A DNA stretch of 64,000 nt, from IMG/VR virus record IMGVR_UViG_3300048920_000077. The stretch is one strand, 5' to 3'. Of this stretch, positions 59,701 to 64,000 are shown in pieces (position 1 is the stretch's first letter; each line of letters begins with the position of its first letter). The position numbers and the translations under genes are program-made. The stretch is from a virus. The notes under the pieces are model-generated. The model searched no databases. It was not told the DNA's origin and saw only the letters and a program-made list of their open reading frames with translations.

Positions 59701-60926
59701 TGCGCGGTGGTCGTGTTCTTCGCGGCCGCAATCAGGCGCTGCTCGGCTTCCGTCAGGTTACGGGTGTCGATGCCCGCCGCGCGTAACTGCTGCTGAATCT
59801 CACGCGCCGACATCGACGTCCGGCTGAACTGGGTAGAAAGCTGAGACAGCGTCTGCTGCGCCTGACGAAGTTTCTGGCTAATAGCTGCCGTGTCTGCGCC
59901 GGTCTGCGTCAGCGCCTGAGTCAGTCGCATGACCTCCGCGCGAGCCTGGCTGTATTCGCTGCGCAGGCGGGCCAGCTCCTGCGTCTGGGTGCGGAACTGG
60001 TCGACCATCTGCGCCAGCGCCGTAACCGTTTCGCGGGCGTTTTTCAGTTCACGGATTTTACCGGCAAAGTCGGTGATCGGCTTCTTCGTGCCGGTGACGC
60101 CGGCCCGCACTCTTTCCACGGCCTGATTCAGACCGTCCAGGGTCTTCGCGCCGTTGCGGGATGGGTCGGTGATGTTCCGGATTTGCTGCGCCAGCGACAC
60201 CGCTGCTGTCCCTGCAGTACGCATAGACGCGGCCGTGCTGTTCCAACCGTTCGCCACGGCGCGCTGCTCGGCGGCCAGTTGACGCAGGGCGTCCTGCTGA
60301 CGTTTGAGGTTGGCGGCCAGTTCCTGCTGCGCTGCTGCCTCCTGAGCGGCTTTCAGTTGCTGCAGGTGTTTGGCGTTGTTCTCGATCGCATTGTCCTGCT
60401 TGGCCAGTTCCCCGTTCAGGGTGGCCATGGCCGTCTCAATGCGTTTAGTCGCCTGCTGCGTCTGGTTAGCGGCAATGCCATAACCGGCAAGGCGTTGCCC
60501 CAGTTTCGTCAGGGTATCGGTCTGTTTCAGTACGGCACGTTCTTCACGCTCGCGCGCGGCAGACAGGCGTTTGAGTTCCGCCTCTTCTTTCTTGAGGATC
60601 TTATCCTGCTGCGCCAGCTTGGCCGCGTATGCCGTTTGTGCCTGCGCTGCAGCGAGTGCGCGTTTGCGTGTCTCGTCCAGGGCGCGGGCTTGGTTCTCGT
60701 ATGCTTTGACGTCGGCGATCTGTCGCAGCATCGCCTTGGCCACTTTCTCCAGGTCGTTATAGCTGTTTTCGAGATCACGCACCGAAGCGTCGCCCTTCTT
60801 AGCCGCGTCGCGCTGGTCTTCCATGGCCTTGGACAGTTTGTCCATTGTCCGGGTCAACTGGTCGAAGGTCTGCTTCGAGTAGTCCTTCGCGCGGATTCTT
60901 AGCGTGATATCTTTATTGTCAGCCAT
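56793..60926 (-). CDS. tail tape measure protein
   Basis: 1377 aa, long coiled-coil-like Ala/Gln/Lys-rich sequence. Central hydrophobic segments. Position after the G/T chaperone genes. Confidence 0.85.
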   Translation of the reverse strand: MADNKDITLRIRAKDYSKQTFDQLTRTMDKLSKAMEDQRDAAKKGDASVRDLENSYNDLEKVAKAMLRQIADVKAYENQARALDETRKRALAAAQAQTAYAAKLAQQDKILKKEEAELKRLSAAREREERAVLKQTDTLTKLGQRLAGYGIAANQTQQATKRIETAMATLNGELAKQDNAIENNAKHLQQLKAAQEAAAQQELAANLKRQQDALRQLAAEQRAVANGWNSTAASMRTAGTAAVSLAQQIRNITDPSRNGAKTLDGLNQAVERVRAGVTGTKKPITDFAGKIRELKNARETVTALAQMVDQFRTQTQELARLRSEYSQARAEVMRLTQALTQTGADTAAISQKLRQAQQTLSQLSTQFSRTSMSAREIQQQLRAAGIDTRNLTEAEQRLIAAAKNTTTAQNALTEAYRRNGAAADQAGKKTKDNYDQQKTALSWAQRLRGELLALAAAYGGVFGAINLANSAVDAAITRQQTMSAIAVVVGKDQKAQAKEWEYVNQVADYFGSNLESMAKSYGKFSAAAKGSGLGQKESKELFENVTSIGTAYGKTADQMNLVFLAIEQMLSKGNISAEEFKQQFGEQIPGAFAAGAKALGLTEPEFRKYMENAVLDSTAVISIMRDLAKETTDATEQMRTGIVAQQNALDNAKFRFNLALADSGFLDAYRKLITSLTQLLESNEGKQLAEDLGAAFSTVAGAAQFLVENLDLVKWALANIAFVKGIQLAYSFGTSLKDLAGMASTANTSIRNLQAMILIFARSMGTATTATRGLALAMRLLTRAIPYIGWILLALDIGKVLYDQSETVRSIVDGMIKYVVVSFNYIKGVISGKYKEFDELKKEYEAKNAPIPANVKAQTEQLKKDMDAVAGFRRSQTETAFDRQAVDEKSFNKKLDTLRDNLAKQSIAQQKRVAKDDLNTRISLVRQSYAAQLKEAEKYGGATLKRTKELIEQAVENERKAYQADHAGSGAGAVNKRANLVQSTMTDLEQAESRAQKKAVYGDPTSSYGEREAAAVKAAVDQYKDLENRIKKIAAFDKSGAAAMQKRLDVLKQTTSEAVKQQTAAQELQRLQAKVDSNSKERKDNEALINAKADAGLITEQQQVEQLNALYDESKVKILANIDALRQFAIANQAAMDPEAFNALMVNLDTMQVKIENSQRAVEKFYVQLTSGLLNGLDTAFDSIVDNLTKVYQGTQTWGEAVQQLGVTMGLFFADLMKDLAMAILKTMILRYLQSFSGAGGIMGSIGSAAGSLVSGQNHTGGVAGGGGGHKRALPASAFGVAPRYHTGGIAGQAPNSGLRPNEVPSVLERGEEVLTRDDPRHILNGGGNKGPSSLRLIAVDDRRAALAEAMKTPEGQQALIIGLRGQLSTVKQMVKS

Positions 60927-61269
60927 TGGTCATAAGCCCCTTAATAACTTTCTGGAAAAACTTGCCGCCCTCTTTAGTCATAATACTCGACGCGGCGGCT
61001 TGCAGCACGATCCCTTCGCTGGCCAGTTGACGGTTGTTCATCTGCCTGACCATCTCAGCGGTACCGATTAACTTGCCAAGGGTAAGTCGGTCTGCGTCGG
61101 GGATATTGTTCATTTGCAGGTAGACGACATGCGCCCGAATATTGGAAAACCATTTCTCCGCTTCGTGGCGCTCGTCTGGTGTTACGCTGGAATCATCCCC
61201 AGTTTCGGAGCCGCTAGCCTCACCTGCTGGATCAGCGCTCCGATTAGCTTTACCGGTCCGCCGAAGTCG
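60919..61269 (-). CDS. T-extension of the tail assembly chaperone (predicted -1 frameshift product G-T)
   Basis: The frame -1 relative to the G gene is open from 61269 through the G stop to 60919, and it ends overlapping the tape measure start. No canonical XXXYYYZ heptamer seen. Confidence 0.45.
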   Translation of the reverse strand, partial: RLRRTGKANRSADPAGEASGSETGDDSSVTPDERHEAEKWFSNIRAHVVYLQMNNIPDADRLTLGKLIGTAEMVRQMNNRQLASEGIVLQAAASSIMTKEGGKFFQKVIKGLMTNG

Positions 61270-61664
61270 TCAGCCGACAGCGCGTAAATGTGGCCAAGGG
61301 CGCGACATTGGATGTGCATCGGCCAGCGGCGAATCTCTTCCAGTGACGCCAGATCCGGATTACCGTCTTCGCCCAGTTCGTCAGCGGCCATAGCGATGAT
61401 GTCGGCCATGATTGCCGGAGCGCTGGCGCAAATGTCGGCAATGAAAGCGGCGAAGTCCGCGTCAGTCATCATCGCGCCAGGGTCTTTGCGTTCGGACACT
61501 TCCTGATAATGCTCCCAAAGGGTCAGCAGTTTATCCAGGTTGTCGTAATGCAGGCTTACCAGTTGGTTCAGGTCGTGGAAGGCAAGGCCGCGAACATCGG
61601 CGTAAATAGTCCCCTGCGAATCTGTTACTTCTCGGCGCGGTACCGCGCGTTTCTGAATGGCCAT
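61182..61664 (-). CDS. tail assembly chaperone (gpG-like)
   Basis: 160-aa acidic ORF between the tail tube and tape measure genes, with an overlapping -1 frame extension. Confidence 0.55.
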   Translation of the reverse strand: MAIQKRAVPRREVTDSQGTIYADVRGLAFHDLNQLVSLHYDNLDKLLTLWEHYQEVSERKDPGAMMTDADFAAFIADICASAPAIMADIIAMAADELGEDGNPDLASLEEIRRWPMHIQCRALGHIYALSADDFGGPVKLIGALIQQVRLAAPKLGMIPA

Positions 61665-61703
61665 CGTTATAGTCTCCTGTTTGTGGACACCGCTAATCTA
61701 GCA

Positions 61704-61735
61704 AATAAAAAAGGCCAGGGGTTAGCCTGACCTTT
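61704..61735 (-). terminator. intrinsic terminator after the major tail gene
   Basis: Minus-strand RNA reads AAGGUCAGG-CUAACC-CCUGGCCUU followed by UUUUAUUUG. Confidence 0.65.
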
Positions 61736-61753
61736 GAATATTTTGCGTTCCGC

Positions 61754-62941
61754 TTACGGGGCGGTGACAGACAGGTTCGCCGTCTTCGTTGCTCCGCTGG
61801 ACACGACGGTGGCCGTAATCTGCACGGTACCCGCGCCGGTGGCGGTTGCTTTGACCGTGGTGGTGGCCACGCCGGACGCGTTAGTCGTCACGGTGGTCTG
61901 CGCCAGGGTCACTGCAGTAACGCCCGATGGCAGAGCACCACGCGCCAGTGTTACCTGCTGGTTGTTAGCCGGTTGGCCAGCGGCATCCAGGACGGTAACG
62001 GTAACGGTGGACGTCGCGGTGTTATCGCCAGCGATAGACGTCGGGTTCAGCGTCAGAGTAGAGACGGTCGCGCCCGCGCCCGCGTTACCAGCGTCCGGAG
62101 TAGGACGGTAGGTGATCTGCGATGGGGTGTTGCAGTCTTTTTTCAGCACACCGAAGTTGAACGAAAGCTGCTGCCAGTCGTCGCCTTTCAGGGCGTAGTC
62201 GCCATTCGGGGTCAGGTTGACCTGCGGCCAGTAGTAGTTCATCTGCAGACCTTTCGGGTTATCCGAAATGAAGCGCAGCGCCCCGCGAACGGTATCGTCG
62301 GAGGTGATGAACATGTCGGTGGAACCGGCTTTGCGGTTGTACTGAGCGTACAGCTTAGACGGCGCTACCAGGTCTGGCGCATCGGGTTCGATGTACACGC
62401 GGCCGGTGTCTGCTTCCAGTTCGTAGTTGCCCGCTGGCAGCAATGTCAGGCCGGAAACGGTTGACAGGTCGCCGGAGCCGATCACGATGGAGGCGTTAGC
62501 CGAAGCGTAATACAGTTCGAAGTTAGCCGCGTCGATGTTCCCCAGACCTTGCGGCTCGTCTACAGTCTGGCCAAGCTGGTAGAAATATCCGCGGGTGACA
62601 GCGTTCTCGCCGTTCAGACCTTCCTTAACATCGGACTGCTGCGTGTTAACGATGGTCTGGCTATTGCCGCCGAAGAATGCCGCCACGTTCTCGATCGAGA
62701 TGTTATCGGTGATGAAGCTGCCTGAACGGGTGTTCTGCAGAGTCATCTGGTCGTCCATCTCCTTCACGCCATAATCGGACGAGAAGTGGTCCAGCGTGGT
62801 GACGTCCTGCGTGGCGTTCAGTTCTGGCGTGTTGCCCAGGTAACGCTCGCCGGTCGGATTGCCCTTGTTATCCTGACGGTCGAAGAAGAGTCGACCACGG
62901 CCTAATACAAGGTTGTTTTTCTCATTAACGCAAGTGGCCAT
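61754..62941 (-). CDS. major tail (tube) protein with C-terminal Ig-like (Big_1-type) domain
   Basis: 395 aa upstream of the chaperones. The C-terminal ~100 aa (TLTLNPTSIAGDNTATSTVTVTVLDAAGQP...TATGAGTVQITATV) look like a bacterial Ig-like domain. Confidence 0.75.
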   Translation of the reverse strand: MATCVNEKNNLVLGRGRLFFDRQDNKGNPTGERYLGNTPELNATQDVTTLDHFSSDYGVKEMDDQMTLQNTRSGSFITDNISIENVAAFFGGNSQTIVNTQQSDVKEGLNGENAVTRGYFYQLGQTVDEPQGLGNIDAANFELYYASANASIVIGSGDLSTVSGLTLLPAGNYELEADTGRVYIEPDAPDLVAPSKLYAQYNRKAGSTDMFITSDDTVRGALRFISDNPKGLQMNYYWPQVNLTPNGDYALKGDDWQQLSFNFGVLKKDCNTPSQITYRPTPDAGNAGAGATVSTLTLNPTSIAGDNTATSTVTVTVLDAAGQPANNQQVTLARGALPSGVTAVTLAQTTVTTNASGVATTTVKATATGAGTVQITATVVSSGATKTANLSVTAP

Positions 62942-62964
62942 TTCGACCCCCCTTTATTTGTTGA

Positions 62965-63471
62965 TCAACATTTAAGGTCACGAACAATTGTAAGCCGGAC
63001 CGGCTGATAAAAATACGCCATCGGCGAAACATCATCGCCGCCAGGGCGGACGACTGCAGGGTCCAGTTCAATCTTAGAGATCATCCCGCCCAACATGAAG
63101 TATTCCGGATACTTCCCGCCGCTCATGCCATTAGAACGCGACGCGGCGATTTTGCCAAGCTGCGTTTCGACATCGTGCAAAAAGAGGTATGCAGCATCCG
63201 TTGGGTGTTCCTGCCCGTTCGCTGAGATGAAGCCCTGAATCAGCAATGTCCAGGCGTCCTTGCTCACCGTGTTGTCTTCTGTCGCCCAGTCTGAAATGTC
63301 CGAACGCGGAGACTCCAGCAGAGCGAGGAAAGGCACTGCGGTTTCCTGCCCGAACTGCGACCGGCCCCGCCACGTTCCTTTGCTGTCGGTTGTAAAGCCG
63401 TTCGCCACGGTGATTTCGTTCAGGATTGTCGTTAATTTCTGTTGAATTTGCAATTTAATCAGCGCGCTCAT
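62965..63471 (-). CDS. tail terminator-like protein (gpU position)
   Basis: 168-aa ORF immediately upstream of the tube gene. Assignment is by position only. Confidence 0.45.
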   Translation of the reverse strand: MSALIKLQIQQKLTTILNEITVANGFTTDSKGTWRGRSQFGQETAVPFLALLESPRSDISDWATEDNTVSKDAWTLLIQGFISANGQEHPTDAAYLFLHDVETQLGKIAASRSNGMSGGKYPEYFMLGGMISKIELDPAVVRPGGDDVSPMAYFYQPVRLTIVRDLKC

Positions 63472-63986
63472 TCGATAAGCCTCGAAAGTTGTCGTAAGAA
63501 TTCGGCCTGCACAAGATTCCCGAACGGCTCCGTTACCTTGCTGCGGGTGTCATTGAAGACCTGCGCTACCGATGGCCCGTACAGCAGCGCCACCGAGCCT
63601 TTGACCAGCCATGACTGGTGCGTCGTCTTCTTGTTGGCCAATGTGGATTCCCCTGGCGCCAGCCGGACTGCCAGGCCGAGGTTGTAATGGTCTTCCGATT
63701 TCGATGCGCCCTTATTCAGTCGAACCAGCCAGCCTTTCTTGATGAACGTCGTCTTCCCTTTCTTCACACGTACCGTAACGCCTGCTTCCGGACCACGCCC
63801 CACGGCGGAGCTTGTGGCAAAGCGGGCCAGGCTGGTGGCACGGTCACGCGATCTGATAATGGCTTCGGGGTTCTCGTTGGTGGCCAGTTTGGCCACGCCA
63901 AGGCGGTCGCCGGTGAGGTAGCTTTTGTTAAAGCTGATCTCGTCGGTCATGTAGTTCTTGATAAGCGCCATGCCTTTGCCTTTCAC
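63468..63986 (-). CDS. tail completion / head-tail adaptor protein (gpZ or HK97 gp10-like position)
   Basis: 172-aa ORF (GTG at 63986 or ATG at 63971), ATGA-coupled to the next gene. Assignment is by position only. Confidence 0.4.
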   Translation of the reverse strand: MKGKGMALIKNYMTDEISFNKSYLTGDRLGVAKLATNENPEAIIRSRDRATSLARFATSSAVGRGPEAGVTVRVKKGKTTFIKKGWLVRLNKGASKSEDHYNLGLAVRLAPGESTLANKKTTHQSWLVKGSVALLYGPSVAQVFNDTRSKVTEPFGNLVQAEFLRQLSRLIE

Positions 63987-64000
63987 GGTATCGTTGATGG

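Overview
This window looks like most of the genome of a tailed dsDNA phage with a long non-contractile tail. It has enterobacterial-style sigma70 promoters, Shine-Dalgarno sites and frequent ATGA/TAATG gene coupling. It does not look like a bacterial chromosome segment. There are five blocks. (1) 1-14.5 kb, minus strand: a replication module feeding directly into a lambda-type packaging and head module. The replication genes are a Cas4-like DUF2800 nuclease, a DUF2815 SSB-like protein, a family A DNA polymerase, a VRR-NUC nuclease and an SNF2 helicase. The head genes are terS, gpA-type terL, gpW, gpB portal, S49 protease/scaffold, gpD decoration and gpE capsid. (2) 14.6-18.6 kb: a divergent control region, a small HTH gene, a primase-polymerase/SF3 helicase gene, and about 900 bp of non-coding DNA with a dense 9-bp iteron array that resembles an origin. 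(3) 18.6-24.1 kb, minus strand: two small operons of unknown, more AT-rich accessory genes that share a duplicated promoter and leader. (4) 24.1-39.9 kb, plus strand: early/middle operons. They carry an exonuclease, MazG-like, ASCH-like, RdgC-like and nucleoside-deoxyribosyltransferase-like proteins, a Dam-type adenine methyltransferase and a C5-cytosine methyltransferase. (5) 39.9-64 kb, minus strand: a lysis cassette, a repeat-rich 705-aa protein, five tandem paralogous two-domain proteins, a tail tip like that of gene transfer agents (GTAs), a tape measure, G/T chaperones and an Ig-tagged tail tube. I saw no integrase, CI-type repressor, tRNA, rRNA, CRISPR array or reverse transcriptase. 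The most unusual item is the C5-methyltransferase gene. A second, same-strand +1 frame stays open for 312 codons, has its own AAGGAG-N8-ATG, and encodes an alternative set of methyltransferase-like C-terminal motifs from the same nucleotides. All family assignments are motif recognition by eye; no database search was run.
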